The notes beneath the pieces are model-generated. The model saw only the letters and a program-made list of their open reading frames with translations. It had not been told where the DNA came from and ran no database searches. Below, one piece after another: positions 9,951 through 19,522 of a DNA stretch of 44,222 nucleotides. The stretch comes from a virus (lineage: Duplodnaviria > Caudoviricetes), in IMG/VR virus record IMGVR_UViG_3300027790_000011, positions 1 to 44,222 of that record; one strand, 5' to 3'. Position 1 is the first letter of the stretch, and each line of letters begins with the position of its first letter. Made by a program: the position numbers and the translations under genes.

Positions 9951-10016
9951 ATGACGTTTGCAACAGACTGGGTGGAAGACTGGGTGCAGGATTGGGTGCA
10001 GGACTGGTCACAATAA
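9951..10016 (+). CDS. 21-aa micropeptide MTFATDWVEDWVQDWVQDWSQ (not in the ORF track)
   Basis: GGGGAG RBS, ATG 9951, TAA 10014-10016; fills the gap between two genes. Confidence 0.55.
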   Translation: MTFATDWVEDWVQDWVQDWSQ

Positions 10017-10044
10017 ACAGACAGACTTACAAGTAGGAGGAGGT

Positions 10045-10293
10045 ATGGCATCAAATAAGATCTTGGATAATGCAGCAGCATCCGCGTCTAACACTTACAC
10101 ACCAATAGGTTCAAGGCTTGGCGTGACTTGTGAAGCCGGGGCTGCGGATATAACATGGCGAGGCGCTTCAGTCAGCCTTGTGGCGGGAGACGGTAAAATG
10201 TTACACGTCTGTCCAAGAGACACAGTTACAGCAACTGCAACCAGTGCAGGTACAACTGTTTACATAGGTGAACTTCCAGAGTACAGGAGCTAA
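10045..10293 (+). CDS. Small putative virion protein (start revised to ATG 10045)
   Basis: AGGAGGAGG RBS before MASNKIL. Confidence 0.6.
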   Translation: MASNKILDNAAASASNTYTPIGSRLGVTCEAGAADITWRGASVSLVAGDGKMLHVCPRDTVTATATSAGTTVYIGELPEYRS

Positions 10294-10294
10294 C

Positions 10295-10711
10295 ATGGCT
10301 AATGCTTTATTTGCGTTTGGGAAAGAGACGCTTCTTTCCACAACTAACTACAACGGTTTTGACTCAGATTCCATCAAGGATGTCCTAGTTGATCATGGTA
10401 CCGATACGCCTGTCCCGGCCACTGACACACACCTTGATGATATTATTGCTGGAGCACGAGTAGCAACATCTGGCGCTTTCACATCTAAGACGATAACGGG
10501 CGGTGTGTTTGATGCTGCGGACGTGACACACAGCGCAGTATCAGGCGCTTCTGTGGAGAGTATCGTAATCTTCGATGACACGCCCGGCACAGAGGCTACT
10601 AAGCCATTGTTTGTTTTTATTGATACTGCCACAGGGTTACCTGTCACACCTAATGGCGGTGACATAACAATCCAATGGGACTCGGGAGCTAATAAGATTT
10701 TTGCACTATGA
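10295..10711 (+). CDS. Putative virion structural protein (start revised to ATG 10295)
   Basis: AGGAG RBS; MANALF...GVFDAADVT...GLPVTPNGGDITIQW. Confidence 0.65.
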   Translation: MANALFAFGKETLLSTTNYNGFDSDSIKDVLVDHGTDTPVPATDTHLDDIIAGARVATSGAFTSKTITGGVFDAADVTHSAVSGASVESIVIFDDTPGTEATKPLFVFIDTATGLPVTPNGGDITIQWDSGANKIFAL

Positions 10712-11094
10712 GTGCTAGTGTTCGCTTTAAGGTACAAGAAGACACCGTGATGATGATCCTGAATGGTGTGCTCTTGGCGGAGTGGCCGTGGGACAAAGCG
10801 TTAGAGGTATCTAAAGCTCTCGCTTCAGTAGCTAAAGTTGCGGAGGGGAACTCCGCCCCGGTACGTGACAAGATCATTCAAGACCAGGCGGTGTTAATGA
10901 GGTCAGGCTTCATGCCTGGACTGTCTTTAACGCCCGACGCCCGTGTGTTCAGTGAAGCTAAAAAAGAGGCTCAGTACAACACGAAACTTAGGCGTTATCT
11001 GCGGCGCACACCTTGTGTGCCTAGCGGCATTAAATGGGGCTTACCAACGATTGTAAACGAACAGGGGGTGGCTCGTGCGAGTTCAAGATCTTGA
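10708..11094 (+). CDS. Hypothetical protein
   Basis: ATGA overlap with the upstream gene. Confidence 0.55.
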   Translation: MSASVRFKVQEDTVMMILNGVLLAEWPWDKALEVSKALASVAKVAEGNSAPVRDKIIQDQAVLMRSGFMPGLSLTPDARVFSEAKKEAQYNTKLRRYLRRTPCVPSGIKWGLPTIVNEQGVARASSRS

Positions 11095-11272
11095 TCATGA
11101 TGAATTAAAAGATTACTGGTTATCTGTACAGCAGCGCATCCAGCGACTCCAGGCTCACAGTGATGAAATCCGGGTGCTTATCAAGGAGAGGTCCGTAGGC
11201 GGTGCTGTTCAAAGTGCTCAGGTGCTAAAGCCGGGCGGTGTAGATACCACAGCCCGGTTTGGGGCTGTATGA
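11075..11272 (+). CDS. Hypothetical protein
   Basis: ORF in the late operon. Confidence 0.45.
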   Translation: MRVQDLDHDELKDYWLSVQQRIQRLQAHSDEIRVLIKERSVGGAVQSAQVLKPGGVDTTARFGAV

Positions 11273-11315
11273 GCTACCATAGCAAGTGCCTGTACTTAAG
11301 AGGCTGAACTAACCA

Positions 11316-13427
11316 GTGGCTGAGATCACCCATTTCTGGGACACAGATGATACTGGCGCGACTACGTCCAGCACCACTGTTGCCAGGACGATTAATGCTT
11401 CGAATTTTGTTGCTGGCGATCGTTATCTTTTTGTCTGGTCTGCCGTTGTGGGAGGCGCTAACACATCTCTGGTAGCCGAGTGCCGTATGGACTGGGCTAC
11501 TGCTGGCGAGATTGACTACCTCACAATGTTCACCGAGCCGTCTTTAACGGACGCAGATGGCGGAACACTGTGGTCTGGCTATAGCGTAGTAACTGTGCCC
11601 GATCCAGCGGAAAACCTGGAGATTTTTCTAGGTCGCGCAGTCGGGTCTGGACTCGTGTCAATACAGAATTGGCGGCTGCTAGCTATCAATCTCGACGCGG
11701 AGCTGACGGAAAATACCGATTGGTACAGAGTAATCGATGATGATTATAGTTCGCGAGTTGACCTTACAGGCTCGTATGCGAGCTTCGCGTCATTGTCCCA
11801 AAGCCTCTCAGCGGGTAAGTGGCTTATACTGCCGAGAGCGCAGATAGATTGCGATAACATAGGATCATCTGCCGAGGTTGCTTATAGTGCGTCTGGCGGC
11901 GGGATTACTTCTGAGACTGATATTTTCGTCGGTCGCATGGAAGGCGGAGACACCAACGAACTTTTCCAAAAAGCTTTATTGCCGCGTGTTTACGATTTAA
12001 ATGGCACATCATTCACATTTACAGTCAGGCTGCGCGGCGACGGGACATCCGGCCACTACGAACATGCCACGTCTGAAGTCATAGCGATCAGCCTCGATGC
12101 GTTCGACGAATACCATTACACATACAACGCATCTGATCACGAGCTGGCTGCTACTAGCACATGGGAAGAAACCCTTGGGCTAACCCCTTTCACACCAGGA
12201 ACAGCGAATGCACCTTTTGCGTTGATCGGGGCGGCTACTGTTGACTGTTCTTTTGGCACGGGGGAGATGCAGAATCTCCGCCTTCAAATTGGCGGCACGA
12301 CAAACCCCAGCACCGCTGACGAGTCTCTGCATTACTCCGGCAGCGACTCTACCGACGAGCAACCCTTATTTGTACTGGGTTATTCAGATCTGGCGGCCAG
12401 TAGTCAGGACATTGATTTTGATGTCTGGTCTGAGCGCAGTACCGATGATGTTTGGAGTCAGCGTGGTTTGCTGGCCTGGTCGTTAGAACTAGCGAGTGCT
12501 GGTGATACGGTACTGCCGTCAGGGATAGCAGGAGCAGCAACCCCTGGTTCACATACGGTGCAGGTTGGGGCTGTAACCGTGTCACCTCAAGGCATCTCTA
12601 GTGGTATAGCTGTACCATCACCGAACCTGCCGATGACTACTACTGTGCAGCCAAGCGCTATCAGTAGTTCAGCAGCGACGGGTTCTCTAACGGTGCAATC
12701 CAGTATTGCTGTGCTGCCAAGCGGTATAGATATCTCAGCAACAGCGGGTTCACCCACGGTGCAACCCGGTAACGCTACAGTTTCACCACCGGGTATTTCG
12801 GGTGGTGTTACAGTGCCTTCACCCAGCATGGCGCTTATTGCTACTGTGTTGCCATCAGGCATAGCCGGTGTATTAGGTACAGGGGGCGCCTCTGTACTAA
12901 CATCAGGCACAGTTGCCGTCACAGGATTAGCAAGCACGGCAGTAATAGGTGCAATGAGCGTGCTGGCCGACCAAGCCGTAACTGCATCTGGTATAGCGTC
13001 TGGATCTGCCCTGGGCGCTGTATCTGTACTACAGTCACTGTTTGTGCAGCCCAGCGGCTTATCAGCGACCGCTGTTGTCGGTACACCAGTTTTATCATCA
13101 CTGACCAGCGTAGAACCGGCCAGTGTCATACTGAACCCGGCAGTCGGTGCAGCCAGCTTAAACATAACAGTCCAGACTGATGGTGTTGCCAGCACTGTAA
13201 TAGTTAGCACACCCGTAATTGATCAATTACTACAAATCACAACTACAGGAATAGCTAGCACAGCGCAGTTAGGCACAAGTACAGTAATTGCCTCACGGCT
13301 GGGTTCAGGGTTTTATGAGTTAGCAACGGTACCAGCTAACGATGATGACTCAGGCGCTGGCTTCTTTAACACAGCAACCGTGCCAACAAACGATAGCAAC
13401 TCAGGTGGGGGCTTTTTTAATTCATGA
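11316..13427 (+). CDS. Putative fibre / virion appendage protein
   Basis: Globular beta-rich N-half; C-half of about 21-aa V.PSGI...G..TV repeats. Confidence 0.6.
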   Translation: MAEITHFWDTDDTGATTSSTTVARTINASNFVAGDRYLFVWSAVVGGANTSLVAECRMDWATAGEIDYLTMFTEPSLTDADGGTLWSGYSVVTVPDPAENLEIFLGRAVGSGLVSIQNWRLLAINLDAELTENTDWYRVIDDDYSSRVDLTGSYASFASLSQSLSAGKWLILPRAQIDCDNIGSSAEVAYSASGGGITSETDIFVGRMEGGDTNELFQKALLPRVYDLNGTSFTFTVRLRGDGTSGHYEHATSEVIAISLDAFDEYHYTYNASDHELAATSTWEETLGLTPFTPGTANAPFALIGAATVDCSFGTGEMQNLRLQIGGTTNPSTADESLHYSGSDSTDEQPLFVLGYSDLAASSQDIDFDVWSERSTDDVWSQRGLLAWSLELASAGDTVLPSGIAGAATPGSHTVQVGAVTVSPQGISSGIAVPSPNLPMTTTVQPSAISSSAATGSLTVQSSIAVLPSGIDISATAGSPTVQPGNATVSPPGISGGVTVPSPSMALIATVLPSGIAGVLGTGGASVLTSGTVAVTGLASTAVIGAMSVLADQAVTASGIASGSALGAVSVLQSLFVQPSGLSATAVVGTPVLSSLTSVEPASVILNPAVGAASLNITVQTDGVASTVIVSTPVIDQLLQITTTGIASTAQLGTSTVIASRLGSGFYELATVPANDDDSGAGFFNTATVPTNDSNSGGGFFNS

Positions 13428-14885
13428 GTGGGCACACTAATGGTTGATCCGGTTTTCGAGCGCGGAAAAATACAGCGCCTGGGCAGCCTGCGTGGAGAAC
13501 TAGCAACTGGCTTACGTCTCGACCCGTATGAGCTGACTGATGTGCTGTGGAAAGACGGCTCTAATATCCAATTCACAGAGCACGGGGTGCGTAAAATACC
13601 CGGCTGGACAGATCTGCTGACGGGTACTGGAACAGCCCCTGTTAGGGGTGCAGCTGCACTTGTTGATTCTGGTGTGCAGAAGCTGTACTACGGCGATCAG
13701 ACTGATCTGTATGAGTCAGTAGCCGCTGGTGCGCCTTCAGCTATAGGTACTGGCTACACAGGTAGCCTGAATGATACGGTAACTACACCGGCGAGTACAT
13801 GGAGCATAGTTACATTTGGCTCATGGGTGCTGGCCACTAATGGTAAAGACGCTCCGCAGATCAGCAAAGCAAGCAGCTTCTCCGCACTAGATGTTGATTC
13901 AATGTTCACGACCGCAGAGATATTCGTGAAGCGCGGCCCCCATGTCATGGCATTCAATCTCAGCACAGGTATTAACGAATACCGCTGGTGTCATGAGGAT
14001 GACCCGGAGACATGGTTACCAGATACGACTAACGCCGCAGGCGGGCAATTAATACGTGAACTGAAAGGGCCGATCATGGCTGCTGTCCCATTAGGTGACA
14101 GGGTTGCTGTGTATGGCCGTGATCAAATGTTTATTGTAAGTTACACAGGGACACCGTTCTATTTTGGCCACAAACCCGCCTTGGATAGCATAGGCGCTGT
14201 TGGGAAGCAGGCAGTTATACAGCGTGGCAGGAAGAACTACGGATTAGGCAGGCACGGTTTTTGGGAGACTGACGGAGTTTCTTTTGAATACATTGACGAC
14301 CCTAACATAAAGCAATGGGTGCAGGATAATGTGAACTGGAGCCAAGCATCAAAGACTAACGGCTACCATGACGAAGATAACACACAAATAACTTGGCATG
14401 TGCCGACAATTGGTTCTGAACCGGACACTCGCATAAGCTATGACTACAAGCGCAGGTTATGGTCAAAAGGTACTACTGTGTTCACCTCGGCATTGCCACG
14501 AGATGTCTTCCAGTACCCTATCTTGTTTGAGAAAGACGGGGGTGTGCTGAGCGGTAATTTCGGTTCAGATGATAACGGGGCTGCTTTAACAGCAAGTGTT
14601 ACGTCTACAGCTATCGACCTTGGTGAGCCGGATACCATAAAAGAGCTTACAGCTATCCGTATAGGGTACAAGGGCGCTGGCTTGCGATACCGGCTTGGTA
14701 CGGCAAGCACACCAGACGCAGCGCCGACATGGGGCAGCTACACAGAAACTCCCTCGGGTTTTGGTTTTGACCCTGTGCGCTTAGCGGGGAGGTATATCTT
14801 CTTAGAGCTACAGTCCCAGGATATCGGTGATACATGGCATGTCCAGGCTATCGACTTCCACGGTAAACTCGCAGGGGTGCGCTGA
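13428..14885 (+). CDS. Tail nozzle / DNA stabilisation protein (P22 gp10-like position)
   Basis: 485 aa, beta-propeller-like; WSIVTFGSWVLATNG and DDPETW motifs. Confidence 0.65.
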   Translation: MGTLMVDPVFERGKIQRLGSLRGELATGLRLDPYELTDVLWKDGSNIQFTEHGVRKIPGWTDLLTGTGTAPVRGAAALVDSGVQKLYYGDQTDLYESVAAGAPSAIGTGYTGSLNDTVTTPASTWSIVTFGSWVLATNGKDAPQISKASSFSALDVDSMFTTAEIFVKRGPHVMAFNLSTGINEYRWCHEDDPETWLPDTTNAAGGQLIRELKGPIMAAVPLGDRVAVYGRDQMFIVSYTGTPFYFGHKPALDSIGAVGKQAVIQRGRKNYGLGRHGFWETDGVSFEYIDDPNIKQWVQDNVNWSQASKTNGYHDEDNTQITWHVPTIGSEPDTRISYDYKRRLWSKGTTVFTSALPRDVFQYPILFEKDGGVLSGNFGSDDNGAALTASVTSTAIDLGEPDTIKELTAIRIGYKGAGLRYRLGTASTPDAAPTWGSYTETPSGFGFDPVRLAGRYIFLELQSQDIGDTWHVQAIDFHGKLAGVR

Positions 14886-16189
14886 TGGCTGGTGTTTTAC
14901 TCCCATTACCTCCCCCTTCCCCTGATTTGCAGGAATGGGCCGAGCAACTTGTACAAACAATACAGGATGCTATAGATTCAGGGGCGTTACTATCAGGATC
15001 TGCATCAGGCTTAGTGTTTGTTGATGACCAGGGCAGAACAATACTTGACTCATCCGGGCATTACGTGTATGACACGGGTGGTGACCCAGTGATAGCGGCA
15101 GACATTGTTAGTGTTGACACCAGTCACTTAGTTGATGCAGCGATCACAACAAATAAGCTAGCTACAGCCGCCGTAGATAACACAAAACTGGCTAACCTGG
15201 CTGTAGATGCAGCGAAGCTAGCAGACAGCGCAGTCACAAGCACGAAAATAGCTAATCTCGCCGTAGGCAGCGCTGCAATTGCTAACGCCGCTGTTGGTAC
15301 AGCGCATATTGCTAACGCAGCTATCACATCAGCCCTGATAAATGACCTGGCGGTGGTAACAGCAAAAATAGACGATCTGGCAGTTAACGATGTGAAAATA
15401 GCCAATGCTGCTATCACGTCTGCTAAGATACAAGACTTAGCTGTCACTAATGCAAAGATTGATAACGCCACGATCACAGGCGCAAAGATAGCTAATGCAA
15501 CAATAGGTACAGCGCAGATCACTAATGCTGCGATAACTACAGCGTTGATTAACGATTTAGCCGTTACAGATGCAAAGATAGCTAACTTGGCTGTCAGCAC
15601 AGCCAAGATCGCGGATGCGGCTATTACAAACGCTAAGATAGCGACCCTCGCAGTATCTTCGGCACAGATACAAGATGCCGCTATCACTAATGTCAAGATA
15701 GCTAATGCTGCTATCACAACAGCAAAAATAACGGATCTGAATGTAAGCACGCTGAAAATCGCCAACAACGCGGTAACAGTTCCGACTAGCGCTTACACTG
15801 TTGGTACCATAAGTGCTGCTGGTACAACAAGCACAACGTCGTGGAACGAGACAACTATACAGACAGTTGTCTTGAATGCCACGGACGCTAATTCTGTTGA
15901 TATCGACTTTGTTGCAAACATGGCAATTGACGGTACAGGGTACCACAGATACCGTATATATCGTGGGGGTACCGCAATCTGGGAGTGGAATAACCAGACA
16001 TCACTGGGTGCCGGGTTTTTCCCTAATCAACAGGGCGCTGGGGCGTTGCCTATTTCCATTAAAGATAATTCACCCGGTAGTGGGAACGTGACTTACACAA
16101 TGCGGTACGCAGCAAAGAATTCAGGGAGCGGCGCACAGGGCTGTGACTTCTCACACAGGTTCATGAGAGCTAACGCAAGTAAGAGATGA
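14885..16189 (+). CDS. Tail fibre with 10-aa repeats
   Basis: More than 20 tandem (I/V)TxAKIAN(A/L)A repeats followed by a C-terminal head domain. Confidence 0.75.
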   Translation: MAGVLLPLPPPSPDLQEWAEQLVQTIQDAIDSGALLSGSASGLVFVDDQGRTILDSSGHYVYDTGGDPVIAADIVSVDTSHLVDAAITTNKLATAAVDNTKLANLAVDAAKLADSAVTSTKIANLAVGSAAIANAAVGTAHIANAAITSALINDLAVVTAKIDDLAVNDVKIANAAITSAKIQDLAVTNAKIDNATITGAKIANATIGTAQITNAAITTALINDLAVTDAKIANLAVSTAKIADAAITNAKIATLAVSSAQIQDAAITNVKIANAAITTAKITDLNVSTLKIANNAVTVPTSAYTVGTISAAGTTSTTSWNETTIQTVVLNATDANSVDIDFVANMAIDGTGYHRYRIYRGGTAIWEWNNQTSLGAGFFPNQQGAGALPISIKDNSPGSGNVTYTMRYAAKNSGSGAQGCDFSHRFMRANASKR

Positions 16190-16202
16190 CACATACCGAC
16201 AC

Positions 16203-16529
16203 ATGACTGAACAAAATATTATGTACGCGGTGTACGACCAAGCCGGTGACTTAGTTAGGCAAGGGCAGTGCCCACTGAGTGTATTAGACGCACAGGCTGA
16301 TCAGCCGGGATACGTTGCAGTCGAGGTTAAAGAGAGAGTTCCTGAACCAGTGCAAGCGTTAAGCTATAAACAGCTCAGGAAAAACCAGTACCCTTTGATA
16401 AGTGACCAACTAGATACAATATGGAAAACGTTCTTAGAGTTAAAGCAGCAAGGCGTATCCCTTGGCGAAGAGGGCGACACCATGCTTGGCCAGATACAGC
16501 AAGTAAAGCAGAGTAACCCAAAGCTATGA
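16203..16529 (+). CDS. Putative tail fibre assembly chaperone
   Basis: YKQLRKNQYPLISDQLD...VKQSNPK motif immediately after the fibre gene. Confidence 0.6.
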   Translation: MTEQNIMYAVYDQAGDLVRQGQCPLSVLDAQADQPGYVAVEVKERVPEPVQALSYKQLRKNQYPLISDQLDTIWKTFLELKQQGVSLGEEGDTMLGQIQQVKQSNPKL

Positions 16530-16948
16530 TACTGACACAAGTGCCTATCCAGAACCAAGACTTGATACCACCCAGAGCGGTGCAGGACATACTGGATGCA
16601 ATGGAGTACAGCACAGGCGAGAAAACGCTGAAGCAGGTGGTGCAGGAGATACAAAACGGGGATTCGCAGATCTGGATTAAGTTCTCAGATCAGATGGAGC
16701 ACCTAGCGACCGTTGTTACTTGCATTATTGATCTGCCTAATAAAAGGTCTTGCGTGATTGAGTTCATCGGCGGGGAGTCAGTCCTGCCTCATACCCAAGA
16801 CATAAAAGCTATCGAGGATTGGGCCAGATACAACGGCTGTGCAGATACTCGTATTGTTGGCAGAGAAGGTTGGGTTAAAGCACTAAAACCTAACGGTTAT
16901 CAGAAAAAGTACACAATAGTCTGTAAAGACTTGACAGGTGGGGGATGA
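16526..16948 (+). CDS. GNAT-like virion-module protein
   Basis: IEDWARYNGC...IVGREGW.K.L...GY pattern; located before the ejection proteins. Confidence 0.6.
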   Translation: MILTQVPIQNQDLIPPRAVQDILDAMEYSTGEKTLKQVVQEIQNGDSQIWIKFSDQMEHLATVVTCIIDLPNKRSCVIEFIGGESVLPHTQDIKAIEDWARYNGCADTRIVGREGWVKALKPNGYQKKYTIVCKDLTGGG

Positions 16949-16949
16949 T

Positions 16950-17699
16950 ATGAGTAGTGGAGGCGGTGGAGGGACAACTGTCCAGCAAACACAACTAGAT
17001 CCGGTGCAGCGAAGGGCACTAGAGTCTGTAATTAACAAATCAGAGCAGCGTTTCTCTGCGGGGCCAGCGCAGTTCTTCCCTGGGCAGACATTAGCACCAG
17101 AGTCACAGTTCACAGCACTGGGCAGGCAAGAGCTACTGAACGCTATACCGGGGTTACGTACTGGCGCTGATGCTGGTTTGCAGGCGGCACTCGGTGCGTT
17201 ACAGGGGACACCCGAGAACGACCCGCGTGTAGCAGCTATGGCTGACGCAGTAACACAGCCTATCATAGATAGGTTCAGGGAAACAACGTTACCCAGTATA
17301 AGCTCAGCCGCTGTGGATGCCGGTGCATTTGGTGGAGACAGAGCGGGGATAGTAAAAGCTATAGCCGCGAGAGAGACTGACAGGGCTGTAGGGGAGACTC
17401 GGGCCGGGGTGTTTAACAATGCGTACATGGCTGGATTACAACAGCAGATGCAAGCACTTAGCCAGTTACCGACATTACTGAACGCACAGCTCGCTCCTGC
17501 TCAAGCACTGTCGTCTGTTGGCGGAAGTATTGAAGCTAGAAAGCAAGCTGAGATAGACGCCGCAAGAGAGCGGTTTGAATTCAACCAATTAGCACCTGAA
17601 GCGCAGCTTGATAATTTCGCTGCGCGTGTCTCTGGTATTAACTTAGGCGGTACATCGCTTAGTAAAACTAAATCAGGCGGTGGCCTGTTCGGTAAATAG
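16950..17699 (+). CDS. Internal virion / DNA ejection protein
   Basis: MSSGGGGGTTVQQT N-terminus, AGAFGGDR motif, Gln/Ala-rich. Confidence 0.7.
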   Translation: MSSGGGGGTTVQQTQLDPVQRRALESVINKSEQRFSAGPAQFFPGQTLAPESQFTALGRQELLNAIPGLRTGADAGLQAALGALQGTPENDPRVAAMADAVTQPIIDRFRETTLPSISSAAVDAGAFGGDRAGIVKAIAARETDRAVGETRAGVFNNAYMAGLQQQMQALSQLPTLLNAQLAPAQALSSVGGSIEARKQAEIDAARERFEFNQLAPEAQLDNFAARVSGINLGGTSLSKTKSGGGLFGK

Positions 17700-17707
17700 G
17701 AGGGGGT

Positions 17708-18241
17708 ATGGACCCAGCCACTATAGCAGCTATCCTGTCCAGTGTTGCGACACTTAGCAGTTTGTTTCCGGGAGGATCACCAGCGCCTATCAGTGAGGGG
17801 ATACCTGCATCTTCCTTCACGCCAGCGATGAATAACTCACCGCAGGCTGTACCGCGCACAACGCTCCCTGGCATACAGCCGTTAGGCATGGTGAACCCGG
17901 CTGGTGCTAGTGGTATACCACAGCCTGGCCCACAGCAGCCTGTTAAGGCGGATGTATCTAACCTCAGAGATATTGAGGACAAGGTACAAAACAAAGTAAC
18001 TAAGCGTCAAAAGTCTGGCGCGGACGTAGAGGATACAGAAGCAGCCAAGGCAGCAGGTAAGGGCTCTTTGTCTGATACCCTGATGTCACCGAACACACTC
18101 CAAAGCCTTGCTGCACTGATCCCAGCCCCTGCGCCTCCACCGCCCCCCGCTGGGCCTATAAACATACAGAGTAGATTCAACCCTGCGGGCGTTAACCCTT
18201 TTGACTTATCACAACGGTTAGCTTTACAGAGACGAAGGTAA
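17708..18241 (+). CDS. Internal virion protein
   Basis: MDPATIAAI start, Pro-rich, GGAGG RBS. Confidence 0.55.
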   Translation: MDPATIAAILSSVATLSSLFPGGSPAPISEGIPASSFTPAMNNSPQAVPRTTLPGIQPLGMVNPAGASGIPQPGPQQPVKADVSNLRDIEDKVQNKVTKRQKSGADVEDTEAAKAAGKGSLSDTLMSPNTLQSLAALIPAPAPPPPPAGPINIQSRFNPAGVNPFDLSQRLALQRRR

Positions 18242-18258
18242 GGTACTACGGGGGTAGT

Positions 18259-19521
18259 ATGGCAGAACAAGAACAGATCCGTGAAGTTTTATCGCAGTTA
18301 GCTACTTTACAGCAGCAGCAATCTGCGTTACAGCAGCAAGTGCCGTCACAAAGTTCCGGGTTCCTGAACAAAGACCAGGAGGGGCTAGGCGATGTACTGC
18401 GTAACCCAGATCAGGCACAAATAGATTTCGCCGTGAATGCTGGCCTTGGCCTGCTTAACCCTAACACGAGGGCGCCTGTTATACAAGGCGCTGTACAAGG
18501 GTTATCTGCGCTACAAGCACGGCGGGCTGGTGACCTGGCAGCGCGGCAGTCGGCGCACAGGCAGGCTACAAGCATCCTTAAAGATAGGATAGATAACTTA
18601 TCAAAGCAGGGCACTCTGCTGAAGCAGAGTGCTGATATTGGCACCGCACAGGGGCAGCTAGGCGTCTCTCGTGGTAACTTAACTGTAAGGAGGCAGGAGC
18701 TTGGTGTAAAACAGCAACAAGCGGATACCGCGGCAGGGGGGCTTCGTCTAAGAGAGCAAGAAAGACAGGACAAGTTATCCACGGTTCAACAGTCACAGTA
18801 CATCGACCCTAACTCAGGACAGATATTCGATCTCGAGCAAGATGCGTTTGGTAGGTTCAGTATTGCTGGCCAACCTGTCTCACCCGGAGCGCTAGGTTTG
18901 GTGCCAATGGACAGACAGACCTTCGAGGGTGTCAGAGCAGATCAGCGTGACATAAAAACAGCCGGAGAGACGATACCTAAACTAGTTAACCTGGTGTTCA
19001 ATCCTAAATTTTCAGCCGCTGTCGGGCAACTTGATGTTCGGAGGATAGCTGCTGAACGGGCCGGTATTGGCGGTGAGATAGAGGTACTGAACAAACAAGC
19101 TCATGCGTTAGCTGGGGATCAGATACTGGCTGACCTCAAAAAGCTCGGCGTTAAGCCCACAGACAAGGATCTGAGTTTCGCTAAGACCTTGAATGTGTCT
19201 GTGAAGTCAGACCCAGAGGTTTGGCATGATAAGTTACTGAATGAAGCGATCCCGTATTACTATAACAGGCTTCGCGACACGCAAGGTGAGGGTGTAGCGC
19301 GTGAGAGGGTAAAACAGGTGGTACAGTCTTTACCAAGAGATAAATTCATGCACGAACCTGACCCAGGGGGTATTGTTGACCAGCTACTGCGGCCAGATAT
19401 CTCTGGTACAGGTGTGCCTAGTTTTAACCCAGACGGTTCTGGTGGCGTGACAGCAAGCGGCAAAGTGTTCACAATAAAAAGGAACACCGCGCCTAGCGCT
19501 GATGCTGGTACTGGAGAGTAA
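18259..19521 (+). CDS. Internal virion / ejection protein
   Basis: Gln/Ala-rich helical protein in the ejection cluster. Confidence 0.55.
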   Translation: MAEQEQIREVLSQLATLQQQQSALQQQVPSQSSGFLNKDQEGLGDVLRNPDQAQIDFAVNAGLGLLNPNTRAPVIQGAVQGLSALQARRAGDLAARQSAHRQATSILKDRIDNLSKQGTLLKQSADIGTAQGQLGVSRGNLTVRRQELGVKQQQADTAAGGLRLREQERQDKLSTVQQSQYIDPNSGQIFDLEQDAFGRFSIAGQPVSPGALGLVPMDRQTFEGVRADQRDIKTAGETIPKLVNLVFNPKFSAAVGQLDVRRIAAERAGIGGEIEVLNKQAHALAGDQILADLKKLGVKPTDKDLSFAKTLNVSVKSDPEVWHDKLLNEAIPYYYNRLRDTQGEGVARERVKQVVQSLPRDKFMHEPDPGGIVDQLLRPDISGTGVPSFNPDGSGGVTASGKVFTIKRNTAPSADAGTGE

Positions 19522-19522
19522 C

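Noticed and set aside
15124-15768. Long antisense ORF with hydrophobic repeats
   Set aside because: Shadow of the tail-fibre repeat; the same applies to other antisense ORFs such as 2017-2805, 4000-4710 and 12587-13210
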